Source: Mobula birostris (Eukaryota). From it: a stretch of 64,000 nucleotides of DNA. The stretch spans positions 13,999,180 to 14,063,179 of the forward strand of contig NC_092389.1 of NCBI RefSeq assembly GCF_030028105.1. The letters are read 5' to 3'. A program made the position numbers and the translations under genes. Shown here piece after piece: positions 1 to 12,674 of the stretch. Position 1 is the stretch's first letter. Each line of letters opens with the position of its first letter. Below the pieces are notes generated by a model. The model had not been told where the DNA came from. It searched no databases and worked only from the letters and a program-made list of their open reading frames with translations.

Positions 1-599
1 TAGATGTTCATTGCAGAGGGAGGATGTGAGTCACACAATAGTTTTCATTCAATCTATTATTACCTATCTGTTAAGTTTTGCTGGGTATCTGTTCCACAAG
101 CCCTGATGAGTTTACCCCTTTTATCATTTATTCTCATTCTTGTTTGTTTTTAAACTTGCTGAGGAACCTTCACTTTAATATTACAGCACAGTGGTTATGT
201 TCCTGGTAAAACCAATCTACAAAACCATGACGATTATTCTGAAATAATGAATTCAGCTCCTCGTGAAAAACACTTACATTAGAGTAGATAAATAATACAT
301 CTGGAATTCAAGATATCACTCTTGTTATAGCAAATTGACTGTGTTATTATAGAAGTCCATAATGTCCTTAAGGGAAGGAAATCTGTGTCCATAGTTGAGA
401 CTTCACTGGCATCTTAAACTGGTCAATTAACAAATAGAGCTGGACAATAATGTTGGTGGGGATCAGATTCTATAAAATAATTGTAAAGAACCTCTCGGAC
501 TGTTGCAGTGCTCCAGTCCTAAGGCATGCCTGGCCAGCTCCTTGCTCAATAGACGTTGCTGATCTATTCTTAGTACCCATTAAAACCCCAAATGCTCAC

Positions 600-1205
600 T
601 TGAGTTGCTGTCCGATTTCTGAGCTCTGGATCAGCTCGACACTATCCTGGGCTTCCTCAGTCATTTGGCTGATGTAATTCCAGAAGGCATCTCGAACCTG
701 ATCTCCATTGCTCTCAGCCCGACAGCCTATGGGAAGGAAAATTTGAGGTGATCAGGGTAGGAACACAGCAGGAACATTCCACAACATCTACTGTTCATTC
801 AACCAAATGATGCGTAACAAGACTTCACTCTGTATCTTGCTGATCACTCCTCTTTGGGGGTATACTGTAGCTGAATGAGTCATTGAGTAAAATCCCAGGT
901 CTTTGATTATTTGTAACGGGGACTTACAACAAACCCAGTAAGGGGAGGAACAAGTTGCACCCAGGAGCCGATGTGTGGAGGAATGGACAATGCAAGGGGC
1001 TCCAGAATTCAGATCAGAGCTAAAATCAGGTGCACATCAGTGAAGTGAAGCTAGTGCGTCCAAGGTCAATCAAGAACCAGCTTTGAAGACTGGAAATGGC
1101 AATAAAACCCAGTCATCGTCCCAGAATAAGAGAACAGGAATATTTGAATCTCATACCTGTGAGAAAGGCAGCAGCCAGAAGCAGGAGGATTGCTTTGGGA
1201 AACAT
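600..1205 (-). CDS. APOA4: Apolipoprotein A-IV-like gene copy A, partial (coding exons 1205-1157 and 726-600; last exon lies left of the window)
   Basis: Kozak CACCACCATG. The 49-nt signal exon reads MFPKAILLLLAAAFLTG|GTATGA. The 127-nt exon (AG|...AA|GTGAG) reads CRAESNGDQVRDAFWNYISQMTEEAQDSVELIQSSEIGQQLN, resembling APOA4 EVSADQVATVMWDYFSQL...QKSELTQQLN. Near-identical to copies B and C. A4 versus A5 orthology is not resolved. Confidence 0.85.
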
Positions 1206-2016
1206 GGTGGTGTTCTCAAATGATATTGAGTATGGCAGATTATTTCTGTATCCCTTTGCAGTCAATCTGTGAAAAGAAATAACGATCAGAGTTATTCCAG
1301 GGTTTAAACCCACATGGAAAATCTACCCGAGTATTACTGCCCCCTTCTGAACTCTATTTGTTATACATGGAGTCAGCATCCAGCCCTTTGAACCTGTTCA
1401 GTTATTGAGATCAAAGCTGATCTTTGAGCTCACCACCATTTTCCTGCACTGTATCAATATCACTAGGTGCCCAAGGCAACCAGAAATATATCCATATCTG
1501 CTTTGAATGAGCTCAGGGGCTGAGCCCTCCAGATTTCCAAAAACTGACTGACCTCTAATTTACAATATTCCTTCTTTTTGAAATCCTCAATGGCACACCC
1601 CTTACTCTGAAAATCTGACCCCACCCCAGGATCCTAAACTCTTCAGCTAGAGAAAGTATCCTCCATAAATCTAGCCTGTGACATGTCAATTATAAAACCA
1701 TAAATCACAGGAGCAGAATTGAGCCTTTTGGCCCATCGAATTTGCTCGTCCATTCAGTCAAAACTGATTTATTTTCTCTCTCAGCCCCATTCTCTTACAT
1801 TCTCCCCATAAACTTTGATGCCCTTACTAATGAAGAACCTATCAAATGCCCAGTGAATTATACCCTGTAACATTACAGAAACATAGAAAGCTGTTCTTCA
1901 GTTTCTATGCCTTGACCAATTGCCTGATCAGTGAAGCTGTCCATAGAGAGTAGTTAAAAGGATAAGCAGGCAAGCTCGCTGGGGTGGAGGAAAGTGAGCG
2001 TCAGGGCTCCTCTCAC

Positions 2017-2310
2017 CTGTTTCTGCTGTGTTCTTCCAGGAGATCTGTATGGCAGCCCACAGATGCTCTCTCTATATAAGGGCACCTTATCAGTGGCTGA
2101 TAACAAAGTTCACTCTATATAAGGGCACCTTATCAGCAGCTGATAACAAAGTTGGTACATTTGTGTTCTCGTGGACTTTCCCTGAAAACCAGGAGAATGT
2201 GGAGCTTCCAACAAGAATGTTACTCTGAACTGCTGCCTTCACCATGACTCCAACTCAACCTGAGAGGGCAAATTCCATTCAAGATTAATTTTTCATTCCA
2301 AAGGCCATGG
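2017..2310 (-). promoter_or_regulatory. Promoter and non-coding exon 1 of apo copy A (duplicated TATA/GATA module plus HNF4-type DR1 sites)
   Basis: Donor CAG|GTGAGA at 2017/2016. TTATATAG twice (43-bp tandem 2068-2110/2111-2153). Inverted GATA pair TTATCA..TGATAA. DR1-like TGGACTTTCCCT 2172-2183, AGGGCAAATTCCA 2265-2277 and TTCCAAAGGCCA 2296-2307. Confidence 0.7.
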
Positions 2311-2744
2311 TTTACTACCTCTGTAACATTAGATCACTCTATGGACTTGGGGTGAGGTATTTTTAATGACAGGGAGAGTCTGTCATCATTGGCAGCTGAT
2401 TAGGTAACCTGAGGACTTTGATTCGAGATCATCAGCAAAGGAAGCAGATGGGAGATGTAGGAATAATGAGTTGCTGGCGTCTGGAATGAATATTTGTGGA
2501 GTGGATGGAAAGAGTCTCCCCTTGCCTCCGCAGATAGATCGACAGGAAGCAAATTGTATGGCCGCTGGGAAAGTGTGATGATTGGAATTAATTCCTTAGA
2601 CAGAAATGCTGGGCCTAACAAGGTCCTGTCTGAGATAAAAGAATCTATGATTTTGTATCGTTTTACCTGCTAAGGCCTTAAAAGTTCTCCATGTGAACAT
2701 ATTCACACAAGACAATCACTGTTGCTTAAGCCTGCGACCTCATG

Positions 2745-3015
2745 GTCACAGAGTCACACAGCACAGAAACAGGCCTTTGGCCAATGGAGTCCTTGACAAA
2801 CAACAGTCTACATTAACACTATATTAACTGCATTTTTAAATTCTTCCCACGTTCCATTCAAATCTCCCCATATTCTAACCATCTATCGGCAATTTACAAT
2901 GTCCAATAACCTACCAACCTGTCTGACTTTGAGGTGTGTGAGGAAAAGGAGCATTTGAAGAAAACCCACTTTGCTTCATGTACAACGTGCAAACTGCACA
3001 CAGAGCCCTGAGTCC
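2745..3015 (-). mobile_element. V-SINE/HE1-like tRNA-derived SINE remnant (copies at ~10470-10740 and ~18150-18420)
   Basis: Reverse complement contains GTTTGCACGTT..GTGGGTTTTC..TGCTCC..TTCCTC.CACA..TCAAAG..GGTAGGTTA.TTGG.CATTGTAAATT, the V-domain-like core also seen at 29020 and 29965. Confidence 0.6.
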
Positions 3016-3224
3016 ACTGCGAATCCAATGGGGAAAACAAAGCCCAGTGTCTGTGAATCTACAAGTTCACTGGACGCTGGAGGCCCAGAGGCCTGTCCTG
3101 GGGTTGGGCAACGGTTTGTTTGTGTGTGTGGGAGGGAGGAACAGGGATTGTTTTGCTGTAGTTGTTTAGTTGCTTGTGTGTTTTGTCTTGCTCTGCCGAG
3201 CGTTGTGGGCATGTTAGGTTGGTG

Positions 3225-4282
3225 ACTGCAGTCTGTGCGGATTGGTAAAAACATATCCTCCTCGCTGACGATCAACACTGGCGCACCTCGGGTGTGTGCT
3301 TAGCCCACTGCTCTATCTTTGTATACACATGACTGTGTGGCTAGGTATTAGCTCAAATACCATCTATAAATTTGCTGACGGTACAACCATTGTTGGTGGA
3401 ATCTCAGGTGGCGACGAGAAGGCGTACAGGAGTGAGATATGCCAACCAGTGGAGTGGTGTCACAGCAACAGCCTGGCACTCAACGTCAGTAAGACGAAAG
3501 AGCTGATTGTGGACTTCAGGAAGGGTAAGACGAAGGGACACATACCAATCCTCATTGAGGGATCAGAAGTGGAGAGAGTGAGCAGCTTCAAGTTCCTGGG
3601 TGTCATGATCTCTGAGAATCTAGCCTGATCCTTACATATTGATGTCATCATAAAGAAGGCAAGACAGTGGCTATACTTCATTAGGAGTTTGAAGAGATTT
3701 GGCATGTCAACAAATGCACTCAAAAACTTCTATCGTTGTACCATGGACACCATTCTGACAGGCTGCATCACTGTCTGGTATGGAGGGGCTACCGCACAGG
3801 ACCGATAGAAGCTGCAGAGGGTTGTAGATCTAGTCAGCTCCATCATTGGTACTAGCCTACAAAGTACCCAGGACATCTTCAGGGAGCGGTGTCTCAGAAA
3901 GGCAGCGTCCATTATTAAAGACCTCCTGCACCCAGGGCATGCCCTTTTCTGACCGATACCATCAGGTAGGAGGTACAGAAGCCTGAAGGCACACACTCAG
4001 GATTCAGGAACAGCTTCTTCCCCTCTGCCATCCTATTCTCAACTGAACTTTGAAGCTTTGGACACTACCTCACTTTTTTAATATACAGTATTTCTCTTTT
4101 TGCACATTTTTTAATAATCTATTCAATATACATAATTGTTTTACTTGTTTATTTATTATCATGTTTTTATTTAATTTATTTTTTCCTCTCTCCCTGTGGA
4201 TTATGCATTGCATTGAACTGCTGCTGCTAAGTTAACAAATTTCATGTCACATGCCAGTGATAATAAACCTGATTCTGATTCC
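3225..4282 (+). mobile_element. 5'-truncated Rex1/Babar-type LINE (degenerate RT C-terminus)
   Basis: [58 protein letters not shown]. 3' end AATAAACCTGATTCTGATTC. GGTG at both flanks. The empty site is visible at ~18625. Confidence 0.85.
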
Positions 4283-4767
4283 GGTGTTGGAATGCATGGC
4301 ACCATTTGCGGGCTGCTGTAGATTGTGTTGGCTGTTAATGCAAACATTTGTTTTGAAGTACAAGTGATACATAGATGGATCTGAATCTCACGGTGTCTAA
4401 GTTCAGGGTTGAACCCAGTTGGTGACACTGAGATGGATAGAAAAGGGGTTTGTTTTGTTGCTATTGTCTCTTCTAATTTGCTGTCGTTGCTCCTTGTGTT
4501 ATTTATTGGAACATATTGGGCCAGTGATGTTGGTGATGGAATGCGTGGAAACAATTGCAGGCTGCCTCAGCACACCCTTGGGTTGTGTTGGGTGTTAACG
4601 CAAATAATGGAGGATGACCATGTGATAAATAAATCTGCATCTGTCTCTCTCGAAATGCCTTCTTTTCTGCTACACTGGATTATATGCATCCAGAAACTCT
4701 GTTTGCACCTGCTCCAATTCCATTCACTCTCACTCTCTGACCTTTTAATTGCACCTAGAGACTTGAT

Positions 4768-4905
4768 TGTTTTGTATTTAATATTTCAATTATACTTGAG
4801 TAATCTTGTGTGTGTGTGTATATATACATACAAAAATATATATATAGTTTGATTTAAGTATTTTGTTCGTTTAAATAATTGTGTTGTTATATATGTGTGT
4901 ATGTA

Positions 4906-4951
<46 letters not shown>

Positions 4952-6015
4952 TATAAAATGATATATACAGTTTGATGAAGTAATCCTGTTCGTTTAAATA
5001 ATTAATTACGGTTTCATGTAAAAATGCATTAATTGTAACTGTCATCACGCTATCACGTGATACAAGAGCGCCTCGCTTAAAGGCAAAGCGAGACCTATAT
5101 TTCGGACTCTGTATCTTCCTTTGAATTACTTCAAGTTTTGAAGTTAGAAAACATAACGGTGCTGATTAGGTATTTTAAAACGAACCCGAGACCTCTACCA
5201 ACCTGTTAAGCGTAGCGGGCCGTTCAAAATAAAGTAAACACAGCAGGTGCACCGTCGAGTGAAAACCCACCCCAACGTGAGGAGAGACGGCCGAATTTAA
5301 AGCGAATGCAGCCAGCACGTGCTTTTCGGAAGGGAACACACGATCGAGGTTTTTTTAAAATGGAGTAAACGGAAGAACTTGGGGATCATAAACTGTGAGT
5401 AGCGAGTGATACTACGCATTAAAAAATCAGAAATGGCTGGTTGCTTCGGAAAGATTGACGAGTTTGATTGCTCAAATGGCTCATGTACTGAACTATTGGG
5501 ACAGTATTTTGATGCAAATGAAATAGCCAATGAGAAGCGAGTGCCAGTTTTGCTAAATGTATTGAGTTTAAAGGCATACAGTTTTCTTCGACGTTTGACT
5601 GCTCCGACCAAACTATCAAGTCTGAGTTTTGCCGCTATTGTAAAAGTGATGCAGGAACACTGAGAACCCAGGCCATTGTTTATTGCAGAACACTTTAGGT
5701 TTCATAAGCAGAATCAAAAAGAAGGGGAGCCCATTTTGGCATGGGTGGCTGAATTGAAGAGACTGCCTTCCATAATGGGCTTAATGATGCACTGAGAGAT
5801 TGCTTAGTTTGTGAAATCTAAAAGAAAGTATTCATCAGCAGCTCCTAACTGAGGCGCAGCTTACGTTCCAATGAGCAGTGGAAATCACTGTTTCATTGGA
5901 AACCGCAGAAAAACAATTGAGTTGCAATCAGGAATGAAAGTGAGCATGAAGAATACTGAGATGCTGCAGTTGAAAACAGCCTGGCTGACCAAATTATGTT
6001 ATTGTGGCAGTGGAA
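4768..6015 (+). mobile_element. Ty3/Gypsy LTR retrotransposon remnant (LTR-like ~4768-5157 plus disrupted gag)
   Basis: MAGCFGKIDEFD..YFDANEIANEKRVPVLL..AYSFLRRLTAPTK..QEH*EPRPLFIAEHFRFHKQNQKEGEPI..VAELKRL is a typical Gypsy gag N-terminus, here with a stop and frameshifts. Contains a (TG)n(TA)n microsatellite. Confidence 0.75.
4890..4968. repeat. Compound (TG)n/(TA)n microsatellite (2 bp shorter in the copy at ~12615-12691)
   Basis: Directly visible. Explains the 7725 versus 7723 unit length. Confidence 0.9.
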
Positions 6016-6669
6016 TAGTTGAGAAGGAAAATAAATCAGCCATGATTGAATGCTGAAGCAGATTTGATGTGTCAAATGGCCTAATTCTGTTCCTATGTCT
6101 TACGGATCTTGCACTCCAGACATTGAAGTTAGCAGGTTCAGTGGCCTGCTGAAATGACCTGTTCAATAATACATACAGGATTGAAGTTATGTTAGAATCT
6201 TTGAAACACTGATTGAATTACTGATGTTAAGTATGGTCGAAAGACTTTATGAAGGCTGTCCAAGCTGCAGAAGGAGCAGATTTCCATCAAAGATATGGCA
6301 GAATAGGGCAGGTGTGATTTCAATAAGTATCTCCAAAAATTGCGTTGCACCAATGCTTGTCAGAGATATTTGCAGTAATTGGGGAAACGTGTGGGAAAAT
6401 GGGATGTAGTGGGTTGGATGAATTGCTTTGTTTTGTGCAGTATGATTTACATAGTTCTAGTGATAACTATTTTTGACCATGTAAAACTTCTCAGATATTA
6501 AAGTTTTATTGCAGGTATTTTATAGTTCACACTCCAAAATTTCAGTATTTGATTTTAATACTTTTCAGTCGAAAAACAATAAATAATTTTGACATATTAC
6601 CATTTGAGACAGCAAGAGGACCCCTGAGTCTTGACACACAGTTTGATAGAGCCACATTCTACATCTCAA

Positions 6670-8930
6670 TTAGTTCTGCAGATGCTGCCAGAAGTTGCCC
6701 CATAAAGTGGTGAGCTGGGTCTGAAGATCCTGCTGAACATTGCCTCCATTCAGGACAAGTCTCTCCTGCATCTCCTTCACATTCTGACTGATGATTTGTT
6801 TCAGCTGCTCAGTGTAGGGAGCCAGGTTCTGATGGAACTCCTCGATTCCCTGGTTAACATTGGTGTTGAAATTTTCAATGAATGGGCCCAGGTTCTGGTC
6901 CATGTTCTCGTTAAGTTTAGCCTTCAGTTCGACGATGTAAGGGTTCAGCCTTTGGTTCAGAACATCCACATGCTCATTGACTTTTGCCTGGAGCTTCTCG
7001 GCATATGGTTCAACTATCTGGGACATTTCTCCAATTTGTTGGTTCATCTTGATCTGGAGATCCTTGGCATAGGGGGCCAAGCTATTGCGAAGCTCCTGGA
7101 CATTCTCATTAAACCTGGAGCGGAATTCAGCAGCTTTGGCAGCCACATCCTGCCTGAGGGTGTCCATGTTTTCATCAATCTTCATCTGGAGCTCCTCAGC
7201 ATAGGGAGTCAGGACTTCCCTCAGGTTCTCTGTGCTCACTTCCAATCTGGCCTGTAGCTCTTCAGTAAAGGGAGTCAACTTCTGCCGAAGTTCCTCTGCA
7301 TTCTTATGCAGCTGTTGGCCCAGGTCTTCAGCAAAAGGGGTCAACTTCTGATGAAATTCTTCAATGTTCCTGCTGATCTTCCGATGAACTCCATCAGCAA
7401 AGGGAGCAAGTTTCTCCCTCAGGTCTTCCAGCTGTTCTCTTATCTGCTGGCGAAGGCTCTCAATGTCGACTGTCATCTTCTCATGAAGACCATCGGTGTA
7501 AGGAGCCAACTTCTGTCGGAGATCCTCAGCATAGTCATTGACAGTCTGCAGATTATCCTGAATAAGGCGACTGGAAAAGAAGAGACAGTTGTTTCTTATT
7601 CTCGTTACAGGAAAGAGATACATTTAGACAGAGCTACGTACAAGGCTGGTTCTGAAACAAATGTACACTGGAAAGGAGAGCTTCTAAAGGACATTTTGGA
7701 TCACAAAATCTTCTAAGGATAACTGTAGATGTTCATTGCAGAGGGAGGATGTGAGTCACACAATAGTTTTCATTCAATCTATTATTACCTATCTGTTAAG
7801 TTTTGCTGGGTATCTGTTCCACAAGCCCTGATGAGTTTACCCCTTTTATCATTTATTCTCATTCTTGTTTGTTTTTAAACTTGCTGAGGAACATTCACTT
7901 TAATATTACAGCACAGTGGTTATGTTCCTGGTAAAACCAATCTACAAAACCATGACGATTAATCTGAAATAATGAATTCAGCTCCTCGTGAAAAACACTT
8001 ACATTAGAGTAGATAAATAATACATCTGGAATTCAAGATATCACTTTTGTTATAGCAGATTGACTGTGTTATTATAGAAGTCCATAATGTCCTTAAGGGA
8101 AGGAAATCTGTGTCCATAGTTGAGACTTCACTGGCATCTTAAACTGGTCAATTAACAAATAGAGCTGGACAATAATGGTGGTGAGGATCAGATTCTATAA
8201 AATAATTGTAAAGAACCTCTCGGACTGTTGCAGTGCTCCAGTCCTAAGGCATGCCTGGCCAGCTCCTTGCTCAATAGACGTTGCTGATCTATTCTTAGTA
8301 CCCATTAAAACCCCAAATGCTCACTTGAGTTGCTGTCCGATTTCTGTGCTCTGGATCAGCTCGACACTATCCTGGGCTTCCTCAGTCATTTGGCTGATGT
8401 AATTCCAGAAGGCATCTCGAACCTGATCTCCATTGCTCTCAGCCCGACAGCCTATGGGAAGGAAAATTTGAGGTGATCAGGGTAGGAACACAGCAGAAAC
8501 ATTCCGCAACATCTACTGTTCATTCAACCAAATGATGCGTAACAAGACTTCACTCTGTATCTTGCTGATCACTCCTCTTTGGGGGTATACTGTAGCTGAA
8601 TGAGTCATTGAGTAAAATCCCAGGTCTTTGATTATTTGTAACGGGGACTTACAACAAACCCAGTAAGGGGAGGAACAAGTTGCACCCAGGAGCCGATGTG
8701 TGGAGGAATGGACAATGCAAGGGGCTCCAGAATTCAGATCAGAGCTAAAATCAGGTGCACATCAGTGAAGTGAAGCTAGTGCGTCCAAGGTCAATCAAGA
8801 ACCAGCTTTGAAGACTGGAAATGGCAATAAAACCCAGTCATCGTCCCAGAATAAGAGAACAGGAATATTTGAATCTCATACCTGTGAGAAAGGCAGCAGC
8901 CAGAAGCAGGAGGATTGCTTTGGGAAACAT
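6670..8930 (-). CDS. APOA4: Apolipoprotein A-IV-like gene copy B, complete: join(8930-8882, 8451-8325, 7570-6670), 358 aa
   Basis: 49+127+901 nt in frame with GT-AG introns of phase 1 and 2. The last exon is a run of Pro-punctuated 22-aa amphipathic repeats (PYTDGL.., PFADGV.., PFAEDL.., PFTEEL.., PYAEEL..). AATAAA at 6510-6505. Non-coding exon 1 donor at ~9742. Confidence 0.9.
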
Positions 8931-9741
8931 GGTGGTGTTCTCAAATGATATTGAGTATGGCAGATTATTTCTGTATCCCTTTGCAGTCAATCTGTGAAAA
9001 GAAATAACGATCAGAGTTATTCCAGGGTTTAAACCCACATGGAAAATCTACCCGAGTATTACTGCCCCCTTCTGAACTCTATTTGTTATACATGGAGTCA
9101 GCATCCAGCCCTTTGAACCTGTTCAGTTATTGAGATCAAAGCTGATCTTTGAGCTCACCACCATTTTCCTGCACTGTATCAATATCACTAGGTGCCCAAG
9201 GCAACCAGAAATATATCCATATCTGCTTTGAATGAGCTCAGGGGCTGAGCCCTCCAGATTTCCAAAAACTGACTGACCTCTAATTTACAATATTCCTTCT
9301 TTTTGAAATCCTCAATGGCACACCCCTTACTCTGAAAATCTGACCCCACCCCAGGATCCTAAACTCTTCAGCTAGAGAAAGTATCCTCCATAAATCTAGC
9401 CTGTGACATGTCAATTATAAAACCATAAATCACAGGAGCAGAATTGAGCCTTTTGGCCCATCGAATTTGCTCGTCCATTCAGTCAAAACTGATTTATTTT
9501 CTCTCTCAGCCCCATTCTCTTACATTCTCCCCATAAACTTTGATGCCCTTACTAATGAAGAACCTATCAAATGCCCAGTGAATTATACCCTGTAACATTA
9601 CAGAAACATAGAAAGCTGTTCTTCAGTTTCTATGCCTTGACCAATTGCCTGATCAGTGAAGCTGTCCATAGAGAGTAGTTAAAAGGATAAGCAGGCAAGC
9701 TCGCTGGGGTGGAGGAAAGTGAGCGTCAGGGCTCCTCTCAC

Positions 9742-10035
9742 CTGTTTCTGCTGTGTTCTTCCAGGAGATCTGTATGGCAGCCCACAGATGCTCTCTCTAT
9801 ATAAGGGCACCTTATCAGTGGCTGATAACAAAGTTCACTCTATATAAGGGCACCTTATCAGCAGCTGATAACAAAGTTGGTACATTTGTGTTCTCGTGGA
9901 CTTTCCCTGAAAACCAGGAGAATGTGGAGCTTCCAACAAGAATGTTACTCTGAACTGCTGCCTTCACCATGACTCCAACTCAACCTGAGAGGGCAAATTC
10001 CATTCAAGATTAATTTTTCATTCCAAAGGCCATGG
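9742..10035 (-). promoter_or_regulatory. Promoter and non-coding exon 1 of apo copy B (same as copy A)
   Basis: Copy of 2017-2310 at +7725, including the 43-bp duplication at 9793-9878. Confidence 0.7.
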
Positions 10036-10949
10036 TTTACTACCTCTGTAACATTAGATCACTCTATGGACTTGGGGTGAGGTATTTTTAATGACAGGGA
10101 GAGTCTGTCATCATTGGCAGCTGATTAGGTAACCTGAGGACTTTGATTCGAGATCATCAGCAAAGGAAGCAGATGGGAGATGTAGGAATAATGAGTTGCT
10201 GGCGTCTGGAATGAATATTTGTGGAGTGGATGGAAAGAGTCTCCCCTTGCCTCCGCAGATAGATCGACAGGAAGCAAATTGTATGGCCGCTGGGAAAGTG
10301 TGATGATTGGAATTAATTCCTTAGACAGAAATGCTGGGCCTAACAAGGTCCTGTCTGAGATAAAAGAATCTATGATTTTGTATCGTTTTACCTGCTAAGG
10401 CCTTAAAAGTTCTCCATGTGAACATATTCACACAAGACAATCACTGTTGCTTAAGCCTGCGACCTCATGGTCACAGAGTCACACAGCACAGAAACAGGCC
10501 TTTGGCCAATGGAGTCCTTGACAAACAACAGTCTACATTAACACTATATTAACTGCATTTTTAAATTCTTCCCACGTTCCATTCAAATCTCCCCATATTC
10601 TAACCATCTATCGGCAATTTACAATGTCCAATAACCTACCAACCTGTCTGACTTTGAGGTGTGTGAGGAAAAGGAGCATTTGAAGAAAACCCACTTTGCT
10701 TCATGTACAACGTGCAAACTGCACACAGAGCCCTGAGTCCACTGCGAATCCAATGGGGAAAACAAAGCCCAGTGTCTGTGAATCTACAAGTTCACTGGAC
10801 GCTGGAGGCCCAGAGGCCTGTCCTGGGGTTGGGCAACGGTTTGTTTGTGTGTGTGGGAGGGAGGAACAGGGATTGTTTTGCTGTAGTTGTTTAGTTGCTT
10901 GTGTGTTTTGTCTTGCTCTGCCGAGCGTTGTGGGCATGTTAGGTTGGTG

Positions 10950-12007
10950 ACTGCAGTCTGTGCGGATTGGTAAAAACATATCCTCCTCGCTGACGATCAA
11001 CACTGGCGCACCTCGGGTGTGTGCTTAGCCCACTGCTCTATCTTTGTATACACATGACTGTGTGGCTAGGTATTAGCTCAAATACCATCTATAAATTTGC
11101 TGACGGTACAACCATTGTTGGTGGAATCTCAGGTGGCGACGAGAAGGCATACAGGAGTGAGATATGCCAACCAGTGGAGTGGTGTCACAGCAACAGCCTG
11201 GCACTCAACGTCAGTAAGACGAAAGAGCTGATTGTGGACTTCAGGAAGGGTAAGACGAAGGGACACATACCAATCCTCATTGAGGGATCAGAAGTGGAGA
11301 GAGTGAGCAGCTTCAAGTTCCTGGGTGTCATGATCTCTGAGAATCTAGCCTGATCCTTACATATTGATGTCATCATAAAGAAGGCAAGACAGTGGCTATA
11401 CTTCATTAGGAGTTTGAAGAGATTTGGCATGTCAACAAATGCACTCAAAAACTTCTATCGTTGTACCATGGACACCATTCTGACAGGCTGCATCACTGTC
11501 TGGTATGGAGGGGCTACCGCACAGGACCGATAGAAGCTGCAGAGGGTTGTAGATCTAGTCAGCTCCATCATTGGTACTAGCCTACAAAGTACCCAGGACA
11601 TCTTCAGGGAGCGGTGTCTCAGAAAGGCAGCGTCCATTATTAAAGACCTCCTGCACCCAGGGCATGCCCTTTTCTGACCGATACCATCAGGTAGGAGGTA
11701 CAGAAGCCTGAAGGCACACACTCAGGATTCAGGAACAGCTTCTTCCCCTCTGCCATCCTATTCTCAACTGAACTTTGAAGCTTTGGACACTACCTCACTT
11801 TTTTAATATACAGTATTTCTCTTTTTGCACATTTTTTAATAATCTATTCAATATACATAATTGTTTTACTTGTTTATTTATTATCATGTTTTTATTTAAT
11901 TTATTTTTTCCTCTCTCCCTGTGGATTATGCATTGCATTGAACTGCTGCTGCTAAGTTAACAAATTTCATGTCACATGCCAGTGATAATAAACCTGATTC
12001 TGATTCC
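10950..12007 (+). mobile_element. Rex1/Babar-type LINE, duplicate of 3225-4282
   Basis: Copy within the second tandem unit. Confidence 0.85.
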
Positions 12008-12492
12008 GGTGTTGGAATGCATGGCACCATTTGCGGGCTGCTGTAGATTGTGTTGGCTGTTAATGCAAACATTTGTTTTGAAGTACAAGTGATACATAGA
12101 TGGATCTGAATCTCACGGTGTCTAAGTTCAGGGTTGAACCCAGTTGGTGACACTGAGATGGATAGAAAAGGGGTTTGTTTTGTTGCTATTGTCTCTTCTA
12201 ATTTGCTGTCGTTGCTCCTTGTGTTATTTATTGGAACATATTGGGCCAGTGATGTTGGTGATGGAATGCGTGGAAACAATTGCAGGCTGCCTCAGCACAC
12301 CCTTGGGTTGTGTTGGGTGTTAACGCAAATAATGGAGGATGACCATGTGATAAATAAATCTGCATCTGTCTCTCTCGAAATGCCTTCTTTTCTGCTACAC
12401 TGGATTATATGCATCCAGAAACTCTGTTTGCACTTGCTCCAATTCCATTCACTCTCACTCTCTGACCTTTTAATTGCACCTAGAGACTTGAT

Positions 12493-12630
12493 TGTTTTGT
12501 ATTTAATATTTCAATTATACTTGAGTAATCTTGTGTGTGTGTGTATATATACATACAAAAATATATATATAGTTTGATTTAAGTATTTTGTTCGTTTAAA
12601 TAATTGTGTTGTTATATATGTGTGTATGTA

Positions 12631-12674
<44 letters not shown>

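Noticed and set aside
7571-7623. ATG-started 317-aa ORFs (6670-7623, 14393-15346, 25734-26687) as single-exon genes
   Set aside because: The first 18 codons are intron 3 (pyrimidine tract plus AG). The true start is two exons upstream and encodes a signal peptide.
6796-7716. Plus-strand ORFs of 136-184 aa overlapping the apo last exons
   Set aside because: Antisense shadows of a repetitive coding exon, with no independent signals.
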